Positions 16,977 through 27,158 of a stretch of 64,000 nt of DNA are shown piece by piece (position 1 is the first letter of the stretch; every line of letters begins with the position of its first letter). The notes under the pieces are model-generated. The model had not been told where the DNA came from and did not search any database. It saw only the letters and a list, made by a program, of their open reading frames with translations. Made by a program: the position numbers and the translations under genes. Location of the stretch: NCBI GenBank assembly GCA_002011035.2, contig MTLY02000003.1, forward strand, positions 667,053-731,052, in the 5' to 3' direction. Origin of the DNA: Candidatus Hecatella orcuttiae (GTDB lineage: Archaea; Thermoproteota; Bathyarchaeia; Hecatellales; Hecatellaceae).

Positions 16977-18602
16977 ATGAGTGAGCCACCAACCTTAGTA
17001 AAATTAGAGGAAACATTACAACTCATCGAAAAAACCAGAACAGCAGAATCACCGAGCCAAAAAGTTGAATTTTTAAAGAAAACTGCTGACCAAATTTTAC
17101 CTTACATTAAACAATGGAAGCCCATTTATTTACGATTAGAATCTGGATTTGAAGAAGAAACCATAACCGGGCCGCCACCCTATAGAAGACCCATAGAAAC
17201 AATTATAAAAGAATACGTAAAAGAAAGTGGCAAACATGCAGATAAAGGTATTCTTCTCTACGAGCAGCCGATAGCAAATCGTAAAATTGGAGAGATATGC
17301 GAGATTTGGCTTCTTCGCTCTGGGCGTTTACTCCTAATAGAAACATTAAGCTGCGAATATAACGCTGGATATTGGGGTGGATATAAAGACGAAACTCATT
17401 ATCCGAATACCTACAAATGGTCAGGGAAAGCTACGAAAACAGTTGACCCCGATGAGTTAGTTTCAAGATCAGATGAAATTGTGAAAGGTTTCGTTCAAAT
17501 AATAAAGGATATCTTATTTACTATCAAAGAGGTTGAGGAAGGCCAACAAAAAACCCTATTTTATATTTTAGAAACTTTATTATCAGAGAATATAACCATC
17601 GATAGATTTCTTGAACAGCTGTCATCTAAATCTACATCCACCATTGGCAAATATCTCTTTGAAGGAAATGTTTTTAACACGCTCTCTAGAAGTCTGCTTT
17701 TATCTTTAATATCTGCCGGTGTTCTTGCAAAAGTTGGAAAAAATGTGATCACGCCTTTGATTAAAAAGTTTAACGAGGCAGGTGAAAAAGACTCTGAACT
17801 TTGTTTGGAGATAATCAATGTTCTTTTAAAGATCGACGATGGTGATGATACCACTGAGTTTCTCATAAAAGCAGTTGAAGAAGGTATTGGTTATAGATGG
17901 GGCAACTCCGTCATAGCCAGAAATGTTGCGGCTAAATTAGGGGAAATAGGTGATGAGAGAGCATACTTACCCCTCCTCAAATCTCTCAAAGGCCTTTCTC
18001 TCATAAAGGATGATGACCTGAGATTCAAAGCAATTCGGTCAACTGAAGAAGCACTGCTCAAAGTCGCGAGCAAGTTAACCGCAAAGTCTATCGAACCCCT
18101 AATTCAAGCTCTCAATGATACTGATTATAAAACACGCTTGTGGGCGGTGGTAGGATTAGGTGAAATTGGGGATGAGAAAGCAACGGAACATCTTATCAAA
18201 ATCTTAGACGATGAAACTTGGGGAATAAGAGACAACGCAGTTGTGGCGCTAATGAAAATCGGGGGCGAAAAAGTGCTCAATGTTGTTATCCAAACCCTGA
18301 TCGAAACGCTCGATGAGCCTTTTGATTTTAGGTGTAAGCAGGCGATAATTAAATTAGGAGAAATTGGAGATGAAAGAGCAGCAGAGCCTCTTATCAAAAT
18401 CTTAAACGAAAACACAAAGGTAGAACTTAGAATAGAAGCGGCAAAGGCTCTTGGCAGGATTGGTAGTGAAAAAGCTATAGGTGCTCTTGTCCAAGTTTAC
18501 AAGAAAGATAGAGACAAACAGTTACAGTCTGTTGCAAAGGAAATCCTAGATAGGCTGGGCAAACGACCTAAATCTCGATTTGAGAAAATGTTTGGAAGAT
18601 AA
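16977..18602 (+). CDS. HEAT repeat protein with unknown N-terminal domain
   Basis: Repeated LGEIGDERA/LGRIGSEKA units; RBS AAGGAG; ends SRFEKMFGR; visibly AT-rich. Confidence 0.8.
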   Translation: MSEPPTLVKLEETLQLIEKTRTAESPSQKVEFLKKTADQILPYIKQWKPIYLRLESGFEEETITGPPPYRRPIETIIKEYVKESGKHADKGILLYEQPIANRKIGEICEIWLLRSGRLLLIETLSCEYNAGYWGGYKDETHYPNTYKWSGKATKTVDPDELVSRSDEIVKGFVQIIKDILFTIKEVEEGQQKTLFYILETLLSENITIDRFLEQLSSKSTSTIGKYLFEGNVFNTLSRSLLLSLISAGVLAKVGKNVITPLIKKFNEAGEKDSELCLEIINVLLKIDDGDDTTEFLIKAVEEGIGYRWGNSVIARNVAAKLGEIGDERAYLPLLKSLKGLSLIKDDDLRFKAIRSTEEALLKVASKLTAKSIEPLIQALNDTDYKTRLWAVVGLGEIGDEKATEHLIKILDDETWGIRDNAVVALMKIGGEKVLNVVIQTLIETLDEPFDFRCKQAIIKLGEIGDERAAEPLIKILNENTKVELRIEAAKALGRIGSEKAIGALVQVYKKDRDKQLQSVAKEILDRLGKRPKSRFEKMFGR

Positions 18603-18908
18603 CGGTCAAATTAAATAGCGCTACACTTGCAAGCTAGCTGATTTAAGGAAAATGCTATCAAATTAGGAGTAGGTAAACTATTCTGATTAAGACCCTTTAT
18701 CCCAATGTTCTTCATATGTTGTCAACTGCCTCACCGTTTACACTCCATGCTTCTACGACCTACACTGCAGCTGAACAGCAGGGACAGCCGCTTTAGGGGC
18801 GGTGGGCGTCTCAAAAATTAAGCCAGCTGTTTAGTGAACTATGCAATAAACCTGCTATCTCCGCCACTATCCAATAAATTTAACCCGTTCCTTTTTTCTT
18901 CCTAGACC

Positions 18909-19266
18909 TTAAGAAAAATAGTGAGTTGAATAGAGGCATGTTCGTCCAAGCCTTTTCAGGGGCGCCTCACCCCAGGGGTGGGGTTTCGAGACACCGTGAG
19001 TCTGACGTTCTAATGCTTTTTTGACGGCTTCAAGTTCACCACGGACCATTTTGAGTCTAAGGCCTTGTCTTAGAACGAAGTGTTTCCGATGCCTAGCAAC
19101 GGCATCCTTGCTCACCGGCACGCCTAAGGCGCAAACTTTGGCGGCTATCTGGCGTAGAGATATTCCTCGCTCTGTCTGACCCTTCACGGCTACCTGAAGC
19201 TTCGGAGGCGGGCTGCAAATCTTACAGGGACGCCCACCTTTACCCTGTCTTGAACTAACTCCCCTC
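18909..19266 (-). pseudogene. Zinc-finger/HTH protein remnant (CxxC...HxxH), possibly of virus or plasmid origin
   Basis: Frame continues upstream of the listed GTG as RPCKICSPP..; then GISLRQIA..GVPVSKDAVARHRKH; no canonical start before the CxxC. Confidence 0.4.
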
Positions 19267-19505
19267 AGCGATAAGTTATCTTACTGTTGAATATCTCCAG
19301 CAGCAAAGTAGCCCTAGGAGATTATGAGAAATAAGAAAATTGTTCCTTAGTTCTTATGAAGATTCAAGATCGGATGTAAATCCGCCTGCGTGCTGGCTAG
19401 GTTTGCCGGGTACTCCGACATAGGAGGGGTCTGAACAAGCTGTTCGAAGCGGCAAAACTCCTAACAAAATCACAGGAACAGTAAAGGTTTGAATGACTGT
19501 CGGGA

Positions 19506-20162
19506 TTATGTCAACATCTTGCCCAACTCTGATGCTTGGATTTGGATTTTTCTGCCTTCCCTCCTAAGAGTGACGAACCCATCGGATGCCAACCTCCGTA
19601 GGACCCTTGAAAGAGTTGAGGAGCTTACGTCGAGGGCCTTCAGAAGCTCGCCTGTTTCCATCATGCCTTCGCTGTTGCCCAGCGTTCTTAAGACCATGCG
19701 TTCTGTTTCGCTAAGTTTCCTGAGAAGACCTAGAGGTGTTAGCCTAACCGTTCCGGCTGCCCCTTCAAGTTCTAGGTCGGTGAACGAGAGCCTTACCCCA
19801 TTGATGGCGGAGAGTAAAGCGGCGGTGTAGGCTTCGAGGACGAGGGCCCGCATCCCCCCGCTGAGGTTGAGGTAGACCTCCCCTCTAGAGGCTTCCCGCT
19901 CGATCAGCCCCTTAACCAAGCTTACGGCCTGGACAAAGTCTTCCACCGGTATGTTTAGGCGTTCGAGGCCTATGGTTCCGCCGGAAATGGCGTTCAGCAT
20001 TTCCCTCAACTTCTCCATGGCGTTAGAAACTCTGGCCTCGTCCCCGATGCCCTTAGGAACGAGGACTACCAGCTTATCGTCCCGGCTAAGCCCCAGCCTA
20101 ACCACCGGAGCCAAAACCGCAGACTCGGTAAAGCCGAAAGTGTTAATGAAAGTCTTAGACAA
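19506..20162 (-). CDS. csa3: CRISPR-associated CARF-wHTH transcriptional regulator Csa3
   Basis: TFGF, NLSGGMR CARF motifs and C-terminal MarR-like HTH (SSSTLSRVLRRL..DGFV); divergent from the cas operon. Confidence 0.92.
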   Translation of the reverse strand: MSKTFINTFGFTESAVLAPVVRLGLSRDDKLVVLVPKGIGDEARVSNAMEKLREMLNAISGGTIGLERLNIPVEDFVQAVSLVKGLIEREASRGEVYLNLSGGMRALVLEAYTAALLSAINGVRLSFTDLELEGAAGTVRLTPLGLLRKLSETERMVLRTLGNSEGMMETGELLKALDVSSSTLSRVLRRLASDGFVTLRREGRKIQIQASELGKMLT

Positions 20163-20176
20163 GCTTCAGCCTCCCA

Positions 20177-20243
20177 ATTTCACTTATTAGGAAAACATTT
20201 CATAAAATTGAAATATAGGCTTTTCTATTTCAAAATACCGAAA
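20177..20243. promoter_or_regulatory. Palindromic operator candidates in the csa3/csa5 divergent promoter
   Basis: ATTTCA-N6-TGAAAT (20197-20214) and TGAAATA-N10-TATTTCA (20209-20232), just upstream of TATA-like TTTAAAA. Confidence 0.45.
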
Positions 20244-20293
20244 AATTTAAAAAGCATATAAGACCCAAAAATATTTTTACGGGGGCCCTAATT

Positions 20294-20764
20294 ATGTCGT
20301 TAAAAGAAAGTTTTAGGGAAGAATTCCAAGAGGTGGTTGACGTCTTAGGCGTGTTTGCCAGAATGGGGGCTTACGGTTTAATAGACCGTATAGCCGGAGC
20401 CCTAACACCTGAAGCAGTTGAACATGCACTCTACGACGCTATGAGAAGCCTTAACGCATTAATAAGGCAAGCCTCAATCGTAAAGATTGAGAACAAAGAT
20501 GAGCCCATGAAAATAGTTGACTGGACCGAAAAACTTGACGACCCTCGCTATCAACTAGCAGAGGAAGGAAAAGTTGTTGAAGTTATAAGCGGCTCAACCG
20601 AGTTACGTGGTAAACGTGTACGCTACGTTAAGGTACCAGATTATCTTCCAAGTCAAGAAAAGCTCGACAGCTTTGTAAGCCAAGTTAAAGAAAAAGGTTT
20701 TGAGGGTTTAAGCTTAGCCCGCAGAGTTGCACTTCTTTCACTGACACCTTACAGGAGAGGATAA
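20294..20764 (+). CDS. csa5: Type I-A small subunit Csa5 (Cas11a)
   Basis: YGLIDRIAGAL.PEAV..ALYDA.R and LPS...L..F.. motifs; first gene before cas7. Confidence 0.85.
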   Translation: MSLKESFREEFQEVVDVLGVFARMGAYGLIDRIAGALTPEAVEHALYDAMRSLNALIRQASIVKIENKDEPMKIVDWTEKLDDPRYQLAEEGKVVEVISGSTELRGKRVRYVKVPDYLPSQEKLDSFVSQVKEKGFEGLSLARRVALLSLTPYRRG

Positions 20765-20766
20765 GC

Positions 20767-21969
20767 ATGTTTTTAAGCGTTTCAGCCCGTTTTCTTGTAA
20801 ACGTTGAAGCATTAAATATGGTCGAAAGCGTTGGTAACGTTGTCAGACATAGGAGAGCTCCTATAATAGTCCCAAGTAGCAATAAAAATGAATACGTGTT
20901 GGTTTATACACCAGTTATAAGTGGGGAGAGCATAGCAAATGCCTACCAACGCTGGATGGCTGAACTTGCAAAACAAGAAAATCTACCGGTGTGTACTAAC
21001 TGTGAAAGAGCTTTCTTCGTTAAACATGGAGATCGCGAAATATTTGGTGATAAGAATTGGGAAATTAAACTTAAAGAGATTATCGAAAGATTTGCTGAAC
21101 GCAGAAGAATGGAAAACTGGAATGAGTTAAAACAACGTATTATGGATATGAAAAATCTGGTAAACAAAGTTTCAAGCCACTGGGCAAACAGCTTCGATGA
21201 ATGGATTAAAAACAAAGAACAAAATCCTCCTAAGCGCCGTGAAGAACTGGATAGCGCTTGGAATGAATTACGTTCATTATCTATCCATTACATGGAAGAA
21301 TCCCTTATAAACAACTGCGTAGTTGAAGATATAGGTGGCTTCCTTTTACCAGAAGAATTTCCAGTTAAGCGTACTTCTAAGTTTCAAGTCGGTTTTATGG
21401 TTCCAGCCTATGATCAGATAAGAACCTCTGCTTTAGAAGCTCAATTCCACGTGAGATACGCTCCGGATCCCGCTAGACATAGCATATACTATGTGGAGTT
21501 AGGCTCGGCACTTTATGCATTTCATTTTAATATAGACTTAGGTGCGATTGGTTACACTAGTATGATGAAAAAAGAGATGGTAGTAAATGAAGATGAAAGA
21601 CTAAAACGGATAGAACTCGCAGTTAAAGCTTTAACCCACATGTTAGAGAATAAACTATTCGGTGCACATCTTTCACGTCATAATCCTGTAGGTGAACTTA
21701 GAAGTCTCGTAGCAGTCGTTAGTGAACCTTTACCATTTACAACCTCCATAGCTCATGGAATCGATTACGTCGAAGATACAAGCAAGAGGGCCAAGCGATT
21801 TTCAGAAATTATTACAAATGAATCATCATATGGGCAGTTTATTAATAAAGAAGGTCTAGGAACAAAGGAAGTTTCTGAAGAACGAGTTAATCTAAAACGA
21901 ACTGAAACCGTCTCGGAGGTCTTTAAAAATATAATTAAACATGTAACCGAGGAGCTTAAGACTAAGTGA
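20767..21969 (+). CDS. cas7: Type I-A Cas7 (Csa2), with internal helical insertion
   Basis: ARFLVNVEALNMVESVGNVVRHRRAP, PVISGESI, CVVEDIGGFL, PVKRTS, QFHVR. Confidence 0.95.
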   Translation: MFLSVSARFLVNVEALNMVESVGNVVRHRRAPIIVPSSNKNEYVLVYTPVISGESIANAYQRWMAELAKQENLPVCTNCERAFFVKHGDREIFGDKNWEIKLKEIIERFAERRRMENWNELKQRIMDMKNLVNKVSSHWANSFDEWIKNKEQNPPKRREELDSAWNELRSLSIHYMEESLINNCVVEDIGGFLLPEEFPVKRTSKFQVGFMVPAYDQIRTSALEAQFHVRYAPDPARHSIYYVELGSALYAFHFNIDLGAIGYTSMMKKEMVVNEDERLKRIELAVKALTHMLENKLFGAHLSRHNPVGELRSLVAVVSEPLPFTTSIAHGIDYVEDTSKRAKRFSEIITNESSYGQFINKEGLGTKEVSEERVNLKRTETVSEVFKNIIKHVTEELKTK

Positions 21970-21975
21970 CTATGA

Positions 21976-22851
21976 TTGGTAGATTGGTATCTGCTAAAAC
22001 TTAATGCGGATCTTGCATGGGGTTTCTCCATTAAAACACCTACAACTTCGGCTGCGGAAATGGCATTATTATGTCCTCCCCCTTCAACCTTATTTGGTGC
22101 CTTAGCTCGAGGGCTTGCATATCAATTTGAGGATTGGTCTGAATGTATAGTTAACCCAAAGATTAATAGGCCTGAAAGCTCCACTACAAAAATATTAGAC
22201 TTTATAATTTCAGCCCATTTTGGATTTTCAAAGGATACAATAGCAATAACGCCTTGGAGCGACCTTACACATTCCTCTGCTATACCGTACCAACAAGTTC
22301 AACATAGAGTTGAATCTAAACGTGCAATGTGGTTTGGGGTACATGCAAGCGGTAAAATATATGCTGCCAATTCCCATGTTAACATCATTTATGTTATTAG
22401 AAGTGACAATGCTGAAAAAAAGCTTGGAAGCGACTGGAAAGACAAGCTGAAGAGAGCAGGTTTTTGTATATTAACATTAGGTAGTAAAGAAGGAATAATA
22501 GTCATTAAGCATGTGGAAGTTATTGACGCAAAAGTTATAGATAAAACCACCTTAAAAACTAGTTATTATTTACCAGCTGAAGCCGTTAAAGACTATAAGC
22601 CTCAAGAACTTTGTGAAGGCGAATTCTGGGAACATAGGTATATCTCTCCGCATTGGAGAGGGACTTTCCGTAGAAAGGATAAAGCCGAACGAGAAGAAGT
22701 GACAAGAACTCGATACATTCTACCTTTAGACAAATTAAATTTCGGTCAAAGGAATGTTACTGTCCATCTATCCGAGCAGGGCATAGGATTAACGGCAGCA
22801 GACGGATCACCAGAATATACAGTGATACTTTTAAAAGATTGGATGGCTTAG
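21976..22851 (+). CDS. cas5: Type I-A Cas5
   Basis: WGFSIK, PPPSTLFGALARG, LGSKEG motifs. Confidence 0.92.
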   Translation: MVDWYLLKLNADLAWGFSIKTPTTSAAEMALLCPPPSTLFGALARGLAYQFEDWSECIVNPKINRPESSTTKILDFIISAHFGFSKDTIAITPWSDLTHSSAIPYQQVQHRVESKRAMWFGVHASGKIYAANSHVNIIYVIRSDNAEKKLGSDWKDKLKRAGFCILTLGSKEGIIVIKHVEVIDAKVIDKTTLKTSYYLPAEAVKDYKPQELCEGEFWEHRYISPHWRGTFRRKDKAEREEVTRTRYILPLDKLNFGQRNVTVHLSEQGIGLTAADGSPEYTVILLKDWMA

Positions 22852-24020
22852 TTATGTGCGCTACTCGTTTATCAGTTATTGTGAAACTACCCTCAGAAGG
22901 ATTCTTAATTAGAGATTTTATGCTAACTACACTTGCATACATGTGTGTAAAGGTAGGCATGCCTGATGTAAAGACAATGGAAGCATCTATCAAAGTAAGC
23001 TCTACCATTAATTTAGCAAAAGCATATGTAGAAGTTTTAAGAAATAGTGCAAGAAAAAAGAATCTAAGGTTTTATCCCCCTGATAGGAGTGCTAAAAATA
23101 AACTTTTTTCTGGAATCAAAAAACTCTCAAAAAAACTCCCTCAGGATTTATCTGGAGTTTTTAACAGTTACGCTGATTGGCTCGAAAGCAACCCAAAACA
23201 TGTAGAAGAAATATTAAAAAGTTTAGGCGTTTTAAGATGGTCTGGGCCCATAGATAACGACATCTTCTATTTTGGGCGTAATCCAACAATTCCCGCTGCT
23301 CAACTCTTTAAACTTAACTATTATGCGGGTAGGAGGGTTTTTCTTCCGCAACGCTACCAAGATGCTAGATTATACTTTGACATTCATACCTTCATATTTA
23401 CATTAGCCGGCGCTTCTTTGTCTCTAGTTGGAACTATAAGAAATGGACCAACTGTTTATGTCGCAGTACTCGATCCTGGTGCGATAGGTTTATGTGAAGC
23501 TTTACAGGGTTTCATCAATGAAGTGAAGTGTAGATTAGTTCCTGAGGTAATTTTTAGAGTTGCCTCAACCTTAAAAATAGCTAAACTTGGTGTTCACCCT
23601 ATCAAGATAGTGATGATAAACGAGGTTGGGAATAGGCCCTCCTTATTATCGTCTCAGAATGTTTTCGTCGATGAAGGTCTGTTACGTTTCACAAACTACT
23701 TAAAAACCGACATTCGTGAAAAGTTATTAAGACTTTTAACTTTCGCTCTCAGCGATTGGGAAACAGAGGATATAAATCAACGGATGATCGTAAGGATCGG
23801 ATATGAGATTGCACAGGCCATCTATCTGTCAACTACAGGAGCCTTAAAGTCTGCCGATGTAATTTACCACGTAGCTAGGTCAACTTACGCTACAACAGGC
23901 GACAGGTTTGGTAGAGCTTTAAAAGAAGCTAAATATTCACCGATAAGAAATTTAGATGAATTTAAATATCTAGTTTTAGGCATCAAGGATGCATTGGAAA
24001 GATGTGTTCAAGCACCCTAA
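22839..24020 (+). CDS. cas8a: Probable type I-A large subunit Cas8a (divergent)
   Basis: Position between cas5 and cas3'; size and a PAAQLFKLNYY..RR motif typical of Cas8a2/Csa4-like proteins. Confidence 0.65.
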   Translation: MDGLVMCATRLSVIVKLPSEGFLIRDFMLTTLAYMCVKVGMPDVKTMEASIKVSSTINLAKAYVEVLRNSARKKNLRFYPPDRSAKNKLFSGIKKLSKKLPQDLSGVFNSYADWLESNPKHVEEILKSLGVLRWSGPIDNDIFYFGRNPTIPAAQLFKLNYYAGRRVFLPQRYQDARLYFDIHTFIFTLAGASLSLVGTIRNGPTVYVAVLDPGAIGLCEALQGFINEVKCRLVPEVIFRVASTLKIAKLGVHPIKIVMINEVGNRPSLLSSQNVFVDEGLLRFTNYLKTDIREKLLRLLTFALSDWETEDINQRMIVRIGYEIAQAIYLSTTGALKSADVIYHVARSTYATTGDRFGRALKEAKYSPIRNLDEFKYLVLGIKDALERCVQAP

Positions 24021-25897
24021 AATCTTTTGAGCAAATATATGGATATACACCTAGACCTGCTGTACGTGTATTACTTGAATTTATTGATAAAAAACTTGAG
24101 GGTGAAGATTCCAAATTTTTGGTGCTATTCTCAGCGCCAACTAGTTATGGTAAGTCCTCGTGTACCATAGCTATAGCTAATACACTAGCACACAGTAGTA
24201 ACTATCTAGGTGAACGTTTAATACATGTGCTTCCTCTCCGCTCAATTATTGAAGATTTATACATGAAAGCTAAAGAAAAGAAAAGAGAGATGAAACTGAA
24301 TAGTGAGTTAACAATTGGAGCGCAAGCTATGCACATATTAGATGCTGAAAAATCACCTTACATGATGCCTAAGGTTGTTTATACCACTATAGATTCATTT
24401 ATTCACAACTTATTTAAAAGGCCAGTAGCTGAAATGTACAGAGAGCACAGTCATTTTGACATTCCGAGATATGCTATATACTCGTCTCTTATCATATTTG
24501 ATGAAGCTCATCTTTTTTCAAGTGAGATTAAAATTAGTGAAAATGAGCTGCAACAGAAGCATAATAGAATGTTTACAGCGTTCTGCGCCTCTATTCGAGC
24601 GCTCACTGAATCTTCAGTGCCAGTAATAGTTATGACAGCAACTATGCCAAATATTTACACACATAGCCTACTTCAACATGTTGCCAATCATACTGACATT
24701 TTTATGATCGGAGTTGATCCTGCGCTAAGTACAGAGGAAATAAGGGAAAGCTCTCCTACTGGTTTTAGAAATATTAGATGCTTTAGTACTGGTGTTGATA
24801 AAGATTTTTACCGTATTATTCAGGAAAACAATCCGGAACTGAAAAATATAGTGGATGAAACTGACATCAAGAATATCGTTCTGAAGTATTGCACATTAGG
24901 AAATGTAAAAATTTTAGTGGTCAGAAATGTTGTGAAAAAAGCCTTAAAAACCTACAAAGACCTAAAGGAAGAACTGAAAAAAAGGAATCTACAATGTTTC
25001 GTACTACATGGTAGGATGAGTGTTGAGGATCGGGAAAATACATTACAGCTTATCAAGAAAACTGAACAAGATAATAGTGGGATAGTTCTAGTTTGTACGC
25101 AAGTTATAGAAGCTGGAGTAGATATAGATTTTGATATATTAATCAGCGATGCTGCACCGTTTACCTCTCTTATCCAACGAGTTGGGCGGATTGGTAGGAG
25201 TTTAAAAGAAAGGAAAATTCATCCAAGTGTTTACATAGTTACGGGAAACGGAGATGGCATCTACGATAAAGAGCTTGTTAAATCCACGCTTAATCATACG
25301 AGAAAAGCGCATAATCAAGGGAAACAGATAGGATGGAGAATTTCAACAAGATATGAAACTTACAACGGACTCATAAGTTACAAATGGTTGCTGGAAAAAA
25401 TATATACTAGCCTCAAATATTCTGTCGATGAAAAATTGATAAACGTTTTACGTGAAATAGACCACTATTTTATTGGCTCTGAGAGTTTAGAGCTTCAACG
25501 TAAACTTTGCAGTTTCGTTAGGGATGAAGGATTTATAGCTACCTCAACATGGAAAGGTGAAAGTCAAAAATTTAAAAATAGACGCGAAGCTTTAGAGATA
25601 GCATATAAAAGCATGCTTCCACTAACTTTCAGCTTCTTGAAAGATAAATGGAGGAAAATATTAAAGGTTAACGAACAAAAGATTGCTATACTAATTCATG
25701 AAGGCAATAATTTAAGATCAGAACTTTCAGAGGACATATATGAAATACTGGAGAATGTTGAAAGAGGCAAGGAATGCTTCCTTTTATATAAACTAGATAA
25801 GGCTATGCGAAAACTTAGAAAAGGTGATCAGATACCCTTAGCAATTATCTTACATAAAGACAGTTATAAACTAAAAGAGGGCTTAATCATTGAATAG
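24002..25897 (+). CDS. cas3: Cas3' helicase
   Basis: APTSYGKS, DEAH, MTAT, LHGRM, TQVIEAGVD, QRVGRIGR. Confidence 0.95.
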   Translation: MCSSTLKSFEQIYGYTPRPAVRVLLEFIDKKLEGEDSKFLVLFSAPTSYGKSSCTIAIANTLAHSSNYLGERLIHVLPLRSIIEDLYMKAKEKKREMKLNSELTIGAQAMHILDAEKSPYMMPKVVYTTIDSFIHNLFKRPVAEMYREHSHFDIPRYAIYSSLIIFDEAHLFSSEIKISENELQQKHNRMFTAFCASIRALTESSVPVIVMTATMPNIYTHSLLQHVANHTDIFMIGVDPALSTEEIRESSPTGFRNIRCFSTGVDKDFYRIIQENNPELKNIVDETDIKNIVLKYCTLGNVKILVVRNVVKKALKTYKDLKEELKKRNLQCFVLHGRMSVEDRENTLQLIKKTEQDNSGIVLVCTQVIEAGVDIDFDILISDAAPFTSLIQRVGRIGRSLKERKIHPSVYIVTGNGDGIYDKELVKSTLNHTRKAHNQGKQIGWRISTRYETYNGLISYKWLLEKIYTSLKYSVDEKLINVLREIDHYFIGSESLELQRKLCSFVRDEGFIATSTWKGESQKFKNRREALEIAYKSMLPLTFSFLKDKWRKILKVNEQKIAILIHEGNNLRSELSEDIYEILENVERGKECFLLYKLDKAMRKLRKGDQIPLAIILHKDSYKLKEGLIIE

Positions 25898-26711
25898 CGA
25901 GCTAGCATATTCTTGGTGCGGTGAAAGGCTTGAGGAGCACTCACATAAGACTTCTGAGATTTTTAAATTAACCTTTGAAGACAGAATAATAAAAACGTTA
26001 AGCGGAAGATTAAACTATAAGTTTAATGATGTGGGAAAGTTTATCATCAGACTTATACCTTTACTACATGACATCGGAAAATCTCATGTACAGTATCAAA
26101 ATACCATAAAATTTAAAGAGAGATGTCCTAAAACTGCCATCATATGTCGTGAATGTAAAGATAAACCAAACTTCTCATGGCATGAAGTATTATCAGCTCA
26201 GTTATGTTGGAGAGTGATAGAAGATTTACTCTTTAATTTAAGTTTATATGATAGGTTTAAGAATCTACAAGAGATCGCAACTGCATCTATACTATTTCAT
26301 CATCAGGGAATCAGAGCTATAGAATCAGAGACACCTCTTAAAGAAATCAATTTAAAAGAGTATCTTAATGAAACGCTATACACATTATTGCCTAAATTAA
26401 TAGATATTGCTCACTACGGATTAAAACTAGATGGGCATCTGATTAGAGAAATAGTGTCTTCAGCACTACAAGAGCTAGAAAGTGACCTTAAAAGTACAAG
26501 GAGTCTTAAAGGCTTATCTACTAGGATACTGAATGAACTTAGAACTGCACCAAAAAATTACCTAAAACTTTATTCTATTACTGCTGGTCCCCTCGTAATA
26601 TGTGACTGGATTGCTGCTAGAGTATTACGTATCCAAAATCATTATCATTATTCTCCTATGTTAAATGAAGCAGTATATTCTTTTCCAGAATTAGAAACTT
26701 ATTTAAAATAG
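25890..26711 (+). CDS. cas3: Cas3'' HD nuclease
   Basis: LEEH, LLHDIGK, HEVLSA, HHQG, ICDW. Confidence 0.92.
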   Translation: MNSELAYSWCGERLEEHSHKTSEIFKLTFEDRIIKTLSGRLNYKFNDVGKFIIRLIPLLHDIGKSHVQYQNTIKFKERCPKTAIICRECKDKPNFSWHEVLSAQLCWRVIEDLLFNLSLYDRFKNLQEIATASILFHHQGIRAIESETPLKEINLKEYLNETLYTLLPKLIDIAHYGLKLDGHLIREIVSSALQELESDLKSTRSLKGLSTRILNELRTAPKNYLKLYSITAGPLVICDWIAARVLRIQNHYHYSPMLNEAVYSFPELETYLK

Positions 26712-26739
26712 AACTTCTTTCCGGTTTCCGAAGGTAGCT

Positions 26740-27153
26740 TTAAACGTATTTGGCTGGGTGGTTGTATTTTAGGTTGGCTATGTTTGTGTATGTTCTGTCG
26801 TAGCTTACCAGTCCGGCTTCTTCGACAATGCTGGCCGCTGCGTGGAGGCTGTCGAAATACGTTAACTGCTTGTACCTGCGCCTGAGCTCGTAGGCCTTTG
26901 CGTGGTAGAGTGGTTTGGATGGCAAGAGGTCTACGGCCCTGTATTCTAGGAGGTTTCCGAGGGCGGTGTAGAAGGCTCCAACTTCCCTGACGGCGACCTC
27001 ACCCGACCTTATCAGCAGGTTTAGCTCTACTAGGGCATAGGGGGAGAGCAGCGTTTCCCCCTCAAACATGTCGAGAAGCCTGACGGCCTCACCGTGGTGT
27101 TTATCCCCCTTGGACACGAGGGCTAGGAGGACGTCGGTTTCGACCAAGATCAC
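26740..27153 (-). CDS. vapC: PIN-domain toxin VapC
   Basis: ILVETDVL, D.HH..A, LTYFDSLHAA, VSYD. Confidence 0.9.
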   Translation of the reverse strand: MILVETDVLLALVSKGDKHHGEAVRLLDMFEGETLLSPYALVELNLLIRSGEVAVREVGAFYTALGNLLEYRAVDLLPSKPLYHAKAYELRRRYKQLTYFDSLHAAASIVEEAGLVSYDRTYTNIANLKYNHPAKYV

Positions 27154-27158
27154 GGAGC

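Noticed and set aside
18785-18812. CCGCTTTAGGGGCGG hairpin resembling an IS200/IS605 right end
   Set aside because: Short and imperfect, with no tnpA/tnpB remnant nearby
9075-20160. Integrated provirus or plasmid at tRNA-Lys
   Set aside because: I found no integrase and no duplicated tRNA 3' end (attR) by eye, so it is reported only as an island
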